This document shows, one piece after another, positions 36,574 to 49,908 of a stretch of 64,000 nucleotides of DNA (the first letter of the stretch is position 1; each line of letters opens with the position of its first letter). The notes beneath the pieces are model-generated. The model had not been told where the DNA came from and made no database searches. It saw only the letters and a list, made by a program, of their open reading frames with translations. This DNA is from Utricularia gibba (taxonomy: Eukaryota; Plantae; Magnoliophyta), in NCBI GenBank assembly GCA_002189035.1, contig NEEC01000019.1, positions 372,001 to 436,000 on the forward strand. The letters run 5' to 3'. The position numbers and the translations under genes are program-made.

Positions 36574-37359
36574 TTAATAGACAAAGGGAATAACAGCCTT
36601 CCTATGCTTGGGATAATCCTCTCCAAATTTCTCCAAGTACCATTTGTAATGGGCCTTGGCTCTGGGCACTAAATTAGCACAACTATATACGAAAAACCCA
36701 AGCCCGGCCCAAGACCAACACATCAAGGCCCAGCCCAACCATTCCACAATTTCCCCAAAATAATTGGGACAGCTGACCCATTCAAAAAGCCCACCTCTCG
36801 GAATCCTATACCCTCCGCCGCCGTCCTTCAGTCGGATCAGGGCATTATCCGAGGATATATTGACCGCCGCACCGGCGACGAACAACGCCGTGCCGGCGGC
36901 GAATCTCCACCAGAAAAACCGATCGCCATCGAGATCTGCGTACTCCGATACATACCTCGACTGCAGGTAAGCATTCAACAGGTTAAATCCGATAGCCATT
37001 GCCGCGACGCTCACCGGGAAACCAGCTTTCTCCTTCTTGTCTCGGCCGCGAGTCTTGAGGAAGAGGCGGAGAGGGTAGATGATTGTGCGGTTGATGTAAT
37101 GGAGGATGTACGGGGAAATCAGGATTATCGCGCGTGAATCGGAGCGGTTCTTCCCGAAACTGAAGACGATGAGGGTGAGCCAGATCGGTGGGCTCTCCAT
37201 CACAAACCAGGCGAGTGGCGGCGACACAACGGGGCCCCATCCGCCGCGGTGGTGCCGGCCGTAAGGGGCAGTGAGGAATAGAAGGGATATGACGGTCGGA
37301 GGAGTTAACCAGAAGAGGACTTGGAGGCCGTATCGGTAGAACTCTCCATCGATAAACAT
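36574..37359 (-). CDS. DET2: Steroid 5-alpha-reductase, 261 aa, single exon
   Basis: APYGRH, WFVMESP, GYRIPRGGLFEWVSCPNYFGEIVEWLGWA and KAVIPFVY. The first ATG is at 37359 (the track ORF starts at an upstream TTG). Confidence 0.95.
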   Translation of the reverse strand: MFIDGEFYRYGLQVLFWLTPPTVISLLFLTAPYGRHHRGGWGPVVSPPLAWFVMESPPIWLTLIVFSFGKNRSDSRAIILISPYILHYINRTIIYPLRLFLKTRGRDKKEKAGFPVSVAAMAIGFNLLNAYLQSRYVSEYADLDGDRFFWWRFAAGTALFVAGAAVNISSDNALIRLKDGGGGYRIPRGGLFEWVSCPNYFGEIVEWLGWALMCWSWAGLGFFVYSCANLVPRAKAHYKWYLEKFGEDYPKHRKAVIPFVY

Positions 37360-37578
37360 TTCTTCTACAGATGTCTCATCTGCAACCGTCAAAAAACATT
37401 ACATTTGTTTATATAATCCAATAAATTTTAACGGGCAGCCGATCCGACTCCGGGCAGATAGAGGACACGATGTGTGGGGACACGGGCACTTCAGGATGAG
37501 GATGCCACCACAAAAGAGTCACACGCAACCCTCATAAATGGCTTAGTCTTCCTCCCCCAGTCACGAAAAATCGCCAAA

Positions 37579-37842
37579 ATGAACGCCGTGAACAGGCTGT
37601 GGATCGCGGCCAGCATAGCGGTGGTGAACACCGGCCAGTCTAACCATTCCCAGAAGCTCAAGTCAGGACTCGATTCATTGAGTCATCGCAAGAGCAACCG
37701 GTTCGATCTGGATCTCGATCTCTGCCGCCCTGCGTCCACGGGCGGTATCCTCAACTCCGATCCCGAATCGGCATTAAGGATCCCGAAAACCGAGGACTCT
37801 CTCAGGGACGTCATGTACCTCAACTGCTGGGCTCATGGCTGA
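37579..37842 (+). CDS. Wound-responsive family protein (DUF3774), 87 aa
   Basis: N-terminal WIAASIAVV and C-terminal EDSLRDVMYLNCW family motif. Confidence 0.85.
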   Translation: MNAVNRLWIAASIAVVNTGQSNHSQKLKSGLDSLSHRKSNRFDLDLDLCRPASTGGILNSDPESALRIPKTEDSLRDVMYLNCWAHG

Positions 37843-39074
37843 CAGATCTGATCAGATTCAGATTGTTTTCCGAGCGTTGACTCGTGGACTCTACGTATAT
37901 AGGCTGTTTTATTTTCCAAGTCCAGGGAACTGAATTCTCTAGGAGCCTTGACTCCGGCGGATGACTGTAAGTTTTTGACCGCCGGTTTTCATCCGATCTC
38001 CCTGTTTTTCAATGTTTAGGGTGGCTTTGAAAGAAAAACTCTCGGCTTTTATGCCGTTGGAAGGCAGATGATCCCTGTGCTTCTTGTTTCCTCTTTGAAG
38101 AAATAACATTACTGTTCGTCCTGGTTTGGGAGGAGGGATCGGATAAAAAGGATTAACTTTGGAGCTATGGGTTTAAATCTATGTAAGATTTTTAAATTGA
38201 GGATTAAAAAAATACATATTTATGAATTTAAAGTGAACATTTTTATTAAAGGATAATTATACACTTTAATGTTATATAAATTATATATCCTCTTCTACTC
38301 CAACAAAATACTAACAGCAAAAGCCTCCATCATTTCATTTTCTCAACCGCAAATCTTTCAAACAAATCATTGACCTGATGCGCTATGGTAAATGGATCAT
38401 TGAATCGAGATGAACCAAAGAAGAGGTGTGAAGGATGAACCATGCGAGGAGCTCAGGAGGGTAAGGAGACTATCAAAATCTTTATATATTTTGATAGATA
38501 GCATCAAAAAAGAGATAAAGCGAGCTATTTCGATTGTAGAGGCAATAAAGTGCAAGTTCGGATAAGTTTTATTTTGGATTAATAAAAAATAATGGACGAT
38601 AATAAAAGAAGACATTATTAATTTTGTAAAAGAATTGAAGGCTACTTATCTTAGGCCATGTCTGGTGGCAGCCTAAATTTATACCGTTATCTACTATCTC
38701 GATATATATTTATCTACCATATCAAGATAAATTTAATAATAGGTGATATGCAAAATAAATATATGATTATAGTATATATATATTAGAAAAAACTTATATT
38801 GATTAATAAATATATATTATATATCTCAATATTCAATATATCTCTGCTTATAACAACTATCAAACACACACTTGTAGATAATAGATCGAATGCCTCATTT
38901 TTTTTTTACCTGATGCCTGAAGTAGGGTAGTCATTTGTGTGATCTGCCTTTTATTCATATCATTATTTAACACCCCAAATCATCTTTGTTTTTGCTTTCA
39001 GTTTAAGAAATCTATAACTAGTTGAGGTCTCCATTACTCATTGTAGGGGGTGAAATACAATTTCATATCATTAG

Positions 39075-40290
39075 TTTCTGGTCCAGAAAACGCCAGAGAA
39101 AAGTCTCCCCTAGAAATGGCTGGAATTCAAGGTGCAACAGTTGCAGGGTACATCAACGATGATGGAAAACCTGAATTAGTGAAAGCTGATGTCCATTGAA
39201 GTGTTGCTGCTTGGAAGCTACAAAGAAAAAAGATACAGGAAATACAAGATGAGAGCCTTGTTCCCCAGGCAATCAGGGTTTATAATGTTTCATGTTTTGC
39301 TGAATACTATATTTTCTGTCTCTCCAGGGTCCCAGTATTGCAGATGTGGATGAGCATGGTCACACCGATGTCGTTGTTCCAACTATGTCTGGCAGCATAT
39401 GTCCTTAGTGGCAAGGATGCATCAACTGCAAAGCCTTATAAATCACATGGTAGAATTATGATTCAAGTTCTTCTAGTTGATTTGAGAAAGCTTGAGGAGA
39501 AGAAGGAACTTGCTATTGTTACCAAATCATTTGATGGATGTGTGCCTCATTGATGGGTCCGCATCGTGTGCTGATGTTGTCAATATTGGAGAAAAATTCG
39601 TAAGAGTGCTTGACATCTAGTCGATTCCAAGCATGTTATCATTGACCCTTCACCTTGTGAGGCTCTGTCGCCAAATCCCAGTTATAGTCTGCTCTTGATG
39701 GACAACGTAGATGGTGGGAGTGACCTAGATCTTGTCGTGACCACCATGAATGGAAACATCTTCTGTTTCTCAACAGCTTCCCCACATCATCTTCTCAAGG
39801 TATGGTACAGCTGAAAGTATTTGCATGTTTCATCTGGTGAGTAAGCATTGTTCTTCTGTGTTCTGATCTTGATCATTGCAGACATGGAATTTGTTGTACA
39901 TTCCGGGATAAAGAAGGTTCTGGGCGGATAGATCAAGCAGCTTACAATGTCACGGTATGGATCCCTTTTCAATGTTGAAAATTTTACAATTTCATAATCG
40001 TGTCGTTTTCCTGTCACTTACAGGCGGGTTTATTAGTTCCTGGTACCCGGGGGAAAGAACCATAGCGTAACCAAATCCGGGAATTCATAGGACTAAGTTC
40101 TAAGAACAGCAGGAACCGCAATGGTGGAAATGGCTGATTGGACGGACTCTACCTCTCCGATGAGCTCTGTCTTACCTTTCATAGGCCTCTTTTTCTCCGG
40201 CTCTGAGAGTTCGGCATCCTCGTCATCCTATGGCGTCAGGAAGACGTGCCGCAGCCGTCGTTTCTCGCAATCCCGGCTTATGACACCAAA
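39075..40290 (+). pseudogene. DEX1: DEX1 (defective in exine formation 1) pseudogene, 3' exons
   Basis: [65 protein letters not shown] and VEMAD..GLYLSD. Introns are retained, with stops (e.g. 39197) and deletions. Confidence 0.88.
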
Positions 40291-40531
40291 GCCATTCGAT
40301 AGAACCGCAACTGCATTCTCTGTTCGGACAGGCTGATGAACAATGCGAAGCTATTTCAGGTTCCCTTATTGTGTAGCTGAGGCTGGCATGTAAAGGTACG
40401 ATATTATATGGGAGAGTATGAAGCTTGAACAGCTAAACAAGGACCATCTTCCACATTACAACAGACGAAGCACACTATGAGTACATGGATGCAATGGCGT
40501 ATCCGACATGGGGATCGGGATCGAGACCCAT

Positions 40532-40870
40532 TTAGTATGGTTGCAATACTGGCCTCTTTCCAAGCCTCTTGATTTCTCTATCCATTTTTCCGGTAAGCAT
40601 CAACCCGAACATTCTGAAATCGCAGAGCAGAGACCAAATCGGGTGGCCGAAGGTCGCCGGAGTGTTGCCTTCGACGAAGAAATGACTGTACCAAGCCAAT
40701 CCGTAGCCAAACAGAGGTACGAATATCACGAACCAATGTGTAAACAGCAACGAGTAAATCAAACACAGGATACTGCACAAAGTCCCGACGAAATGCCAAC
40801 GCCGCGTCGCTCGCTTCGAATGATGATTCACGTACACTAGCCAAAACTCTTCCATGTTCCGGCAATTCAT
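40532..40870 (-). CDS. DUF962 / Mpo1-like membrane protein, 112 aa
   Basis: EEFW..Y...HSKRATRRWHFVGT, GYGLAWYSHFFVEGN.PATFGHP and MDREIKRLGKRP. Confidence 0.92.
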   Translation of the reverse strand: MNCRNMEEFWLVYVNHHSKRATRRWHFVGTLCSILCLIYSLLFTHWFVIFVPLFGYGLAWYSHFFVEGNTPATFGHPIWSLLCDFRMFGLMLTGKMDREIKRLGKRPVLQPY

Positions 40871-41303
40871 TCGATCTTTGATTTTTTCAGAAACCCTAGT
40901 GCGATTTTGATCTGAGGCGGATCGCAATCGGAGCCCCTAGAGACGCAGGCGCCACCACAAAATCTGAAAAACAGAGTTCGATTAGGATCCAGAGCAGCGT
41001 GAACAAGACCTAAGGGTAGCGTGAATCAACCTCCGGCTGCCCAAAGAGAGAGGAGTAAGGAAGAGAAGCAAGCGCGGATTCTGGCGGCGTGGCGTTATCA
41101 TCAATCGATGCCCCCTCTGGTTTTACTTCGTCTACAGTTGGTCAATTTTACCGTCTTTTTGGAGCTGCTTCGTTTTTACCGGATCGGCCGGAAAAAGAAA
41201 ATGGTGTCTTTTGGAGGTCCCACTTATCAGTTATCAGTCTAAGAAAAAGGAAAAAGAAATGCAAACCTGTGGTTTGGGTTCTCGTCATTTTCGTTTTTGG
41301 AGG

Positions 41304-44044
41304 ATGGAAAGCTTACTAGCTTCTCCTTCTCCAACCTTCCGGAAAATGGCGCTATTCCTGCAAAAACCCTCTTCCGTGGGATACCCAAGAGTTTCCTTCT
41401 CGATTCCTCTCAAGCACGCATCTTCTAGAAACATGGTTCTTAAAACGGGTTCAGAATCTACAGGCCCAATTACCTCCGATGAGCTTCTCAAGGTGGTTGA
41501 GAATGCTGCCAAAACTGGTGCACAGGTTTTCATCTTGCTCTGCCTGCATTTTCGTCTGTTTCCTGAAAACACTTCGTTTTCATGGATTTGGCATTGTCTT
41601 GCGCCATCCGTGAAGCGTGCTTGTATTCTAAAAAGCCCACTCTGTCGCAGAGGTTTCATCTTTAGATTTTCTAGGCGATGTAAGATAATCATGATTGGAT
41701 TTATGAAATGAACGTTGGAAGGTCGTTCATTCTGTTGGTGGCAAATTATCCCTCGTCGTGCTTGTGTGCTGTGGGGGCATTTGGATGGTTTTTGTTTTGA
41801 AGCTGCTTGCTGTTTGACATCATGATGAATGTGCTGCTACGGCATAAACCTCAAACTTATTTCAGGTTATTATGGACGCAGTGAATAAGCCTCGGGATAT
41901 TATTTACAAGGGCCTTCACGACCTGGTGACTGAGTAAGTCATTGGCTGCCATCCGGATTTTTTTTTTTTTTTTGCCACTGTTGCAACTTCTTAATGCGCT
42001 GCTTCTTGATAATTGTTTTGATAAAGTGTGCCGTTGTAATTTTTGTGTAATTGTATTAATGGGATATTTAAAGTGAGTGGCTTTGCAGCAAACTATGGTT
42101 ATTCAGTTTGCAACACACTAATAGCTTGATTTTAGTCACTGAGGATTCCATTTTTTGAATATGGATGTTTTTGATGGGTGATTTGTTTTTTGAAAATATG
42201 TTCTTCAGCACAGATAAAAATAGTGAAGCTGCTATTTTAGAAGTAGTAAGAGGCAATTTCCCAGATCACCTTATTCTTGGCGAAGAAGGAGGTCTCATTG
42301 GCGATTCTTCTTCTGATTATCTTTGGTGTATCGATCCCTTAGGTATTGCCTCGCCCTATTGAGTTGATGTATTGCCTACCTTTGTTAACAGAAGCCTGGG
42401 TTCCCTTTGCCAACTTTATATCAAACCAAATTATAACTTGGCTGGTGGTTGTGGATAATTATGTTTTGGATAATGGAAATTATTTTTCAGAACTTATTAG
42501 CATTGAAAACAATTCTTGTTCCAAGGCGCACAGACTTTTCATTTGTTGAACTATAACTAACTTTTGAGCCTATGCTTTGGCCGTATCACATCCTTTATCA
42601 TTGATGCTTTATGTTTGTTCATATAGACGGGACTACAAATTTCGCTCATGGTTATCCTAGCTTTGCTGTATCCATTGGAGTTCTTTACAAAGGGAGGCCA
42701 GCAGCAGCCTCTGTGGTATCTAGGGTCTATGGCTGCTTTTATACGTTTTTTAGTCTGTTTGCCGTCTGTCTATGAAAAAACAAGTTTGATCTCTTGTTGT
42801 GGTATCATGGCTCGTGGACATGATTTTCATGGAGCTTATATTGAAAAAGTTTTCATCTCTGTAGGTTGAGTTTGTAGGAGGACCTAAATGCTGGAATACA
42901 AGGACTTTTGCAGCTGCTTCTGGTTTGAAGATTTCTTATAACTATTGACGCTTACTTTTGGAAGCAGTTTCTCACAGTAATCATGTTTCCCCTCTCCAGG
43001 TAAAGGTAGCTACTGCAACGGTGAGAGAATTCATGTTAGTCAGACTGATAAAGTAAGTTGACATGGTGATGAATCTACATCAGGCATCTTTTACTTACAT
43101 TATTTACCCCTTTGAGGCTACTGCATTGTGGAGTTTGTTGGTCACATTGCCACACATCTATATCGCGGTAGTGACATCGAATGCTTGTTAATGAGGATGT
43201 GATGTCCATGGCTATTTTCTATGACTGGTTCTTCTTGGTGCTGGTCATTTTTTTTAGGCTACATAAATGGATTTGCTGTTTTATGATCTTCAAACGATGG
43301 GTTTTTCAATTTACATTCTCTGATAGATGTTTCTTTGAAAAAAAAATTAAGGTTGAGAGATCACTTTTGGTTACCGGGTTCGGATACGAACATGATGATG
43401 CATGGGCAACCAATATAGAGCTTTTCAAGGAGTTCACTGACATCAGTCGGGTAAATACAGTCTGTTTAACATATGTAAATGTAAACGTAGAACTGGATCA
43501 TGAAAATCTGCTTCATCCCTCCCCCAATCCTTGCCTTGCAGGGTGTCCGGAGGCTCGGTGCAGCATCAGTCGACATGTGCCATGTTGCTCTGGGAATCGT
43601 AGAAGCCTACTGGGAATATCGGCTTAAGCCATGGGACATGGCTGCTGGTGTCCTGGTATTCCTCGTTGCATCACCTCATCATCTTCAATCCATTGCCCGT
43701 TTTCACCCCAAATTGTGCTCCATTTCTTAGATTGTTGAGGAGGCAGGGGGCCAAGTTTCTCGAATGGATGGTGGAAAATTTTGCGTCTTTGACAGATCTG
43801 TGCTGGTGTCCAATGGAGTGCTTCACGCTAAGGTCAGTATCCCAAGTGCTAAGGCATTCGTAATGCTCTTCATTCCAAAGGGTCTTAAAGCCGCCGTGTG
43901 GGCTCCGGCTGCCATTGAAAACAGTTAACTTTGTGTTGCATGCAGCTTCTTGAGAGAATCGGGCCCTCAACCGAGAAGCTCAAGGAGAAGGGGATTGATT
44001 TCTCACTGTGGTTTAAGCCTGAAGGCTATAAAACCCAGCTTTGA
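41304..44044 (+). CDS. IMPL1: Inositol monophosphatase-like 1 (plastid), ~345 aa
   Basis: Ten exons: 41304-41525, 41866-41933, 42209-42342, 42627-42715, 42865-42922, 43000-43052, 43352-43450, 43542-43655, 43731-43832 and 43946-44044. Motifs [21 protein letters not shown] and WDMAAG. An in-frame upstream ATG is at 41259. Confidence 0.93.
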
Positions 44045-44385
44045 ATATCGTACAACACATTCCATTCATTATGGGAAGTTTATTACACCGTACCATCAGT
44101 TCAAATTTCGAGTTGTAATTATTTTTGATAAAAATAGTATATAATTATAATTGATGAGAAGGATTCATTTTCATTTATATTTTTTATATAATAGTTTTAT
44201 TTTGAGGATGATATGAGATTAAAAAAAAGTGTTATAAATATTTTTCCGAAGGCCTCGGCCGAGTTGAAATCGGTAGCAGGGATTTGAATGCGGGCGTAAA
44301 GGAGAGTCGAATTTCCATTTCTAACGGATCTCCCGCCGCGTCTCGGGATATTTATCCACTGCAAGCTGCAAATGAAGCTGATATC

Positions 44386-47300
44386 ATGAAACGCAAACGG
44401 AATGAAGATTCACAGGCGTCTCCGCCTTCAAAGGTTTCCGCATTCTGGCCTCATTCTTTGTCGTGCAAATATTTTTTTTTTTCATGTTTTCTGCGATTGC
44501 TCGACGTGTGCACGTTTTTTTTCCCGTTTCAGAGACTAGTTTTGGAGGAAATAGTCGGATTCACGACAAAAAATGGAAGTGGATTGGCATCCAGCTTTTC
44601 GAGTTCGAAGACTGCGTACATTGCAGGGGGTGTGGTGGTGCTGTATGACGTTCTCTTGGGCACCCATTCGTACTTCATTCCACCAAAACGAACTCCGAGG
44701 CTCTTGAATTGCGTAGCGTTGTCGGGTGATGCAAGTATTGTTGCAGCTGGAGAGGCATGAGTTTTATCTTATCACGGATTTTCAGTATATTATTGCGATA
44801 TGTATTAATTCTTGGAATTGTTTGCATGAGAGAGTGAAACAGTATCACCCAGCTTTTTCTATGGTTGATATTGATGCTCCCTTCACGATGCGCTTGAATT
44901 GTCGAAAGCCTCCCCTTGATTTTAATGTGAATAATGGCCTTATTCCATTTTTCTGGTTACTGTGATTACAATTTTCATGATAAAAGGTTCTTCATGTCTC
45001 CACCTTTTGAACTCTTTTTATCCAATTTTTCAGTTCGGGCGTCAACCAGCGATACTATTATGGGATTGCACCACCTTAGCATTTATTTGCGAGCTGAAAG
45101 GTCATCAGTATGGCGTGGCCTGTATGGCTCTGTCACATGATGGTTAGTTAAGAATTGCCAGGACATTTATCTTACTTAGACAGGCCAATTTTGTTATAAA
45201 GTTAAGCATTTGCAGGCAAACATTTAGTGTCTGTCGGATTGCCTCGTGATGGATGCATTTGTCTCTGGGATTTGAAGCATAAGATCTTGGCTGCAAAATT
45301 TACAGCAGCCTCAGTTTCTTCCCCCATTTCATTTATTGAGTTCTCACCAGATAGCAAGTTGTTTGTCTCTGTGGGAAAAAATCATTTGAAATTCTGGAAA
45401 ATTAGAGTACCTACTGGATCTCGCGCAAGAACTGCATCTGTATCCCTCATCATGCAAAAGGAATTTGGTGGACTGAAGAAGGAAATGGAATTCATTGCTG
45501 TTCGATGTTCCAGTCAGAGGAGTTGTGATTCGGGGGATCATAATAATGATGCAAAGAAGATACCATTTTATGCTGTAACGGATAAAGGCAAGTAAGAATT
45601 AATGAGTCATGAGAGCACAAACCTGTGTGTTGGCTCACTCTTCATTGTAATAACTTGTTTTCTTACGATCTCTTTGTAGGAACTTTGTGTATGATATATG
45701 CAGATACATCTGCTATTAAAATGGTGGAGTTAGAGGTAACGATCCGGTTGCTTGATTTTGCCAAACTAGATGTTTAATGACCAGATACGTATGCTTAGTT
45801 ACTTTATAGACTTGGCATAAAGAACGTCCTTTGTCTTTTATAGAAAAATGGCCTAGGAAAATTATTGAACCATGTTATCTTTTTGAGACCGGTTTTCTGC
45901 ACTACCACCACAAGATCACAATACTCCTGGAGATGGCAATGATCGGTTGATATTGCTTTGCTTTTTTCTGGGTCAATTTCAGGTGAAGAAATGTTTTGCA
46001 GTATCTGCATCCACACGTTGGGTTGCTTGTGCTTGCAACAATGGCCTCGTTAAATTTTACAGCACCAGTTCTCTTAAATATGCTGGTAGCTTATGTTATA
46101 ATGAAGAAAAAGCGCTTGAGAAGTCAGATGGTGTGGATTGCAGAGTAAACATCAAAGTCAATGTTCAGACTCAAGATTCATTTCCGGATGCCCTTGCATG
46201 TCAATTTTCATCAGAGGAAGAGCTTGGCAAGTACTGATAATTGCAAAATTATCCACTAATGCAGTCCTTTTTTGATGAGAATTTTGTTCTGCAGTGGTAT
46301 TGTATGGCGATCGTAGCCTTCACATATGGAACATCAGCGATATGTCCAGGGTAACATGATAAGCTTTATGATCACTATAGTACATAATGTACCCCTTGAT
46401 CTATTTATTTTTTTATCTTCAAATTCATATGTTGGACTGTGCTACTACCTATGATTAACCTCCGTATCACAATTGTATATTGTCTAGGCCACAAGGCGTT
46501 TCTTACTCACTTCGCATAGTGGATGCATATGGAACATTATAAATTTTCCATCTGAAAACAATCATGATTCCTCTCCTGCTTATGTTGCCGAAGGAGGTGC
46601 TGGGGTAACAACATTTGCGACATGTGCAGCTGATGGTAACATTAAGTTGTGGGATCTAGTATACCAGACTTCCTCTCTAGAGGCTTCAAATCTTCCAAAC
46701 ACAGCGAGTGCTGGACTCTTTGTACGTGACAATGTTGGTAAAGGTATGGCATTCCCTGGATTTAGATCAGTGGCTGCCAGTTCTGATGGAAACTACCTAG
46801 CGGCTGGTGATTTCCAAGGAAACATCCATGTTTTCAACTTAGAAACATCTGATTCTATCTGCATTCAGGTAGTCATTTCAAGCTACATGTATTTACTTTG
46901 GAAAGCCAAAATTGTTCATAATTTCTGTATTTTTCAGTGTTATCAGTGAAAAAAAAAATATCTGAGAATGTACTTAAACAATGTATTGGCGTCCTTGCAG
47001 GGTATGCATATTGGGGAAATACTTTCTTTATGTTTTAGCTTCGAGTCCAGGAAAGATATTCCTTCAGAAGAATCAGGAAACCATTTTTTTCTGGCCTCGG
47101 CAGGAAGTGATGGAAAAGTCCATCTTTTTGACGTTAACAGGTCAGTATCGGAGAGAGCCAACAAGTGAACTGATGTTCTGTTTAGTACATAACCTGAATT
47201 TATGCTGGCATCAGGAACTTTCACCACTTTGGATGTATTGATTACCACAAATATGCTGTCACAGCTGTGAAGATCTTAGAAAATGGTCATGAGATCCTTA

Positions 47301-49414
47301 CGTTTGGTGCAGACAGGTGAATTGGATGGGTGTTTTTGAATTCATTAGTACGTCGCATGATCATTTACTTGTGTTTATCATGCAACAAATGTTTTCGCTC
47401 CTCAGTCGTTCGAAAATCGTGTCTTGCTCTTACCCCCTGCAGGTATCTGGTGCTGCATAGTTTGAAGTTTAGTGACAAGGAATGCAAGATTTCCTACCTA
47501 GGCAGGATTGAAGCCACTGGAATCATCAAGGACTTGGCCATAACACATCCAACGCCTGTCGCATTCACTGTGTGCCAGGTAACTATATCTACGAATACCA
47601 TTTCTTTAAAACCAATATGGTTCTAATTTTTGTCACCATGTTCACAGGATAAGATGATCAATGTAATAGACATTAAATCAAGAACACTAGTTAACTCCTT
47701 CAAAACCGATTTGGATACAGCGGAACCAATAAAGGTAAACTATTCATTCTCATTCAAAGATCTCTGGATCCCACCATGATTGTTCTCTTATCTTAGCTGC
47801 AGGCAACTCTTGATGAAAGTTGCAGTTATTTGGCTTGCGCTTCTAATAGATGTATCTATATATATGACTGCGCGACTGGGAACATGGTCGCAAAAGCAGT
47901 TGGACACACGGATGCCATTACAGGACTCGTCTTTTTGCGGGACTGCACGCATCTTGCTTCTGTAAGCGATCTTCATGACGCATTTCATGAATCTTAATTA
48001 TCAGTTTTCTAATCAAATGATTTCCTAACACTTCAAGGCCAGCGAGGACGGTTGCATCTTCGTTTGGAAGCTCCCTGCGTCATTGTCTTCAAAAAGAACT
48101 GGAAAGTGTCCAATTCATTTTCCACCTAACAGCATTGGCTCCTTGGCGTTAGTTGACTGCAGCAGTCAAAGATGCACCGAGAAGGAACCGATAAAAAGTC
48201 ACTCGAGAAAAAACTCGGAGGAATTGTTCGCCAAGAAAACCGAATTCCTGGGAAGCGGAAACTTCAAATTTAGTTTGTCTCGACTCCCCAAGTGGGCAAA
48301 AGAGAAGGTCATTGGTGATGCACCCCATTCAGACGTATGGTTCTGATTCACTCTAGAAGTCACTTCAATAAAGCTGTGATACCTCTGTGCCAATGATCAT
48401 ATCCTTTCATTGTCTGTGCTGCTCAGGTTAATTCAGTACAGAGTGATCAGTGTCCTGAATTCAGGAGTCCATGTGAAGACAGTGCTGTAGTTGGTCGGCG
48501 ATGCTCCGGAACCATGTCAAGAGACACGTCAGGAGCATCTGGTGACTTGGCATCTCTAAGCCCTCAACAGAATTATGGGTGAGCTCTGGCCTTTTTTCTA
48601 GTAACATGGCATTGTTTTGCTTATGGTATCTTGAATTCGGAATGCGTACAGCACCCGGCAAGAGAACAATCAATGGTTGACCATTCACACAGTCTGCATG
48701 GACCTGAACGATTCCCCGAGTACGTCTGGTTCAGGCTTCATGAATGGCGGCATTCCACTTTTTGAAACAAGCAGAACAAGAAGTGAGTTCAAGCTGCTCC
48801 CGATACATAAAAGAAGAGTATGCTAAATTTCAGTTCGGGATGAAAACATTATTATACCTCTGTTGAGTTGTTGCTAAGTTGCAGATGGGTACGCGAATTT
48901 TCCTGGGGCGCATGGTGAATGCATCAGCGTGAAGGCATCTTCAGAACCCCGGCCTGATTCCTGCCTCGTCGTACGGACCATAGGAAAACTATTGTTTGTG
49001 ATCCTAAATATCTTTTTTCCTTTGCATCAGACTGAGATTTTTCGCATACGCTTTCATCTGCAGGATCCAGGAAAGTCGGCCAAGAGTACTAGTGATTCTG
49101 CGAAGCTTCTTGACTGCAACGCCACATTGCCTCAGACGCAGAAGAGCTGCTTCACGCAACACGGAGTGGAAGAAGAACCACGTGGGTTAGCGGAAACGGC
49201 AAGGTCGTGTGAGGAAGCCTTGCAGAGTGTGGAAGCTGCGGTAGATAATGCTCTGCAATCATTTCACCAACTTGCGAGCCTCCGTTGGAAGGGATCACGC
49301 AGTTATCAAGTTAATCTGCATGCTGAAGCAGCAACAAGGATATCTTCATTGGAAAGGAAGATGCACGAAATTGCTCTGTTACTTGAGCCATTCCAACATC
49401 CCACTTCCAGTTAG
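44386..49414 (+). CDS. WD40-repeat protein, MAPK-binding protein 1 / WDR62-like
   Basis: About 16 exons could be spliced in frame (44386-44433, 44533-44754, 45034-45142, 45216-45587, 45680-45735, 45983-46226, 46295-46350, 46488-46868 ...). WD repeats, LVLEEIVGFTT, FKFSLSRLPKWA and WLTIHTV. The 3' exon borders are less certain. Confidence 0.85.
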
Positions 49415-49908
49415 AGATAAAGTAATTCTTTTGAACTTTATTCCTTGGGGTCATACCGTGGAGTGTGCATATAAAAGGCACCTTAAGTCATGTAAACAAT
49501 TTCAAACAGCTAGTCTTCGAAGTAAAAAAAAAAAAGAAAGCAAAGCAGCATACAAAAAACAAAGAGTTCTCGACTGTGAAGCAAGTTCTTCTACCATGAA
49601 ACGCTAGTCAGCATTAAAAGGACAGTGAGGTCTAACCAAAAAAAACTTCACCTGCTTTCATTGGAGTGCCCCAGGACAACTATGTTTCTAGTGATGTTTC
49701 CAACCCCAATCTTCGAAATGTACACGATTATATGGAATCCACAATTATCAAAAGAAGAGACTCGTACTAAGCAGATGTCGGGGGTGAATGAACTACCGAA
49801 CCTGTTTGGATGTAGAGAAACCAGGAATGGGAGGAGGTACGAATGCACAGGTGTGGGTGTGCTATCCAAGCTACCAAAAATGAACGTATCTGTACCCGTC
49901 AAGTTGAG

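Noticed and set aside
36574-37359. DET2 as a retrocopy because it has no intron
   Set aside because: There is no poly(A) tail or TSD, it sits in an apparently ancestral neighbourhood, and I cannot confirm the intron state of close relatives.
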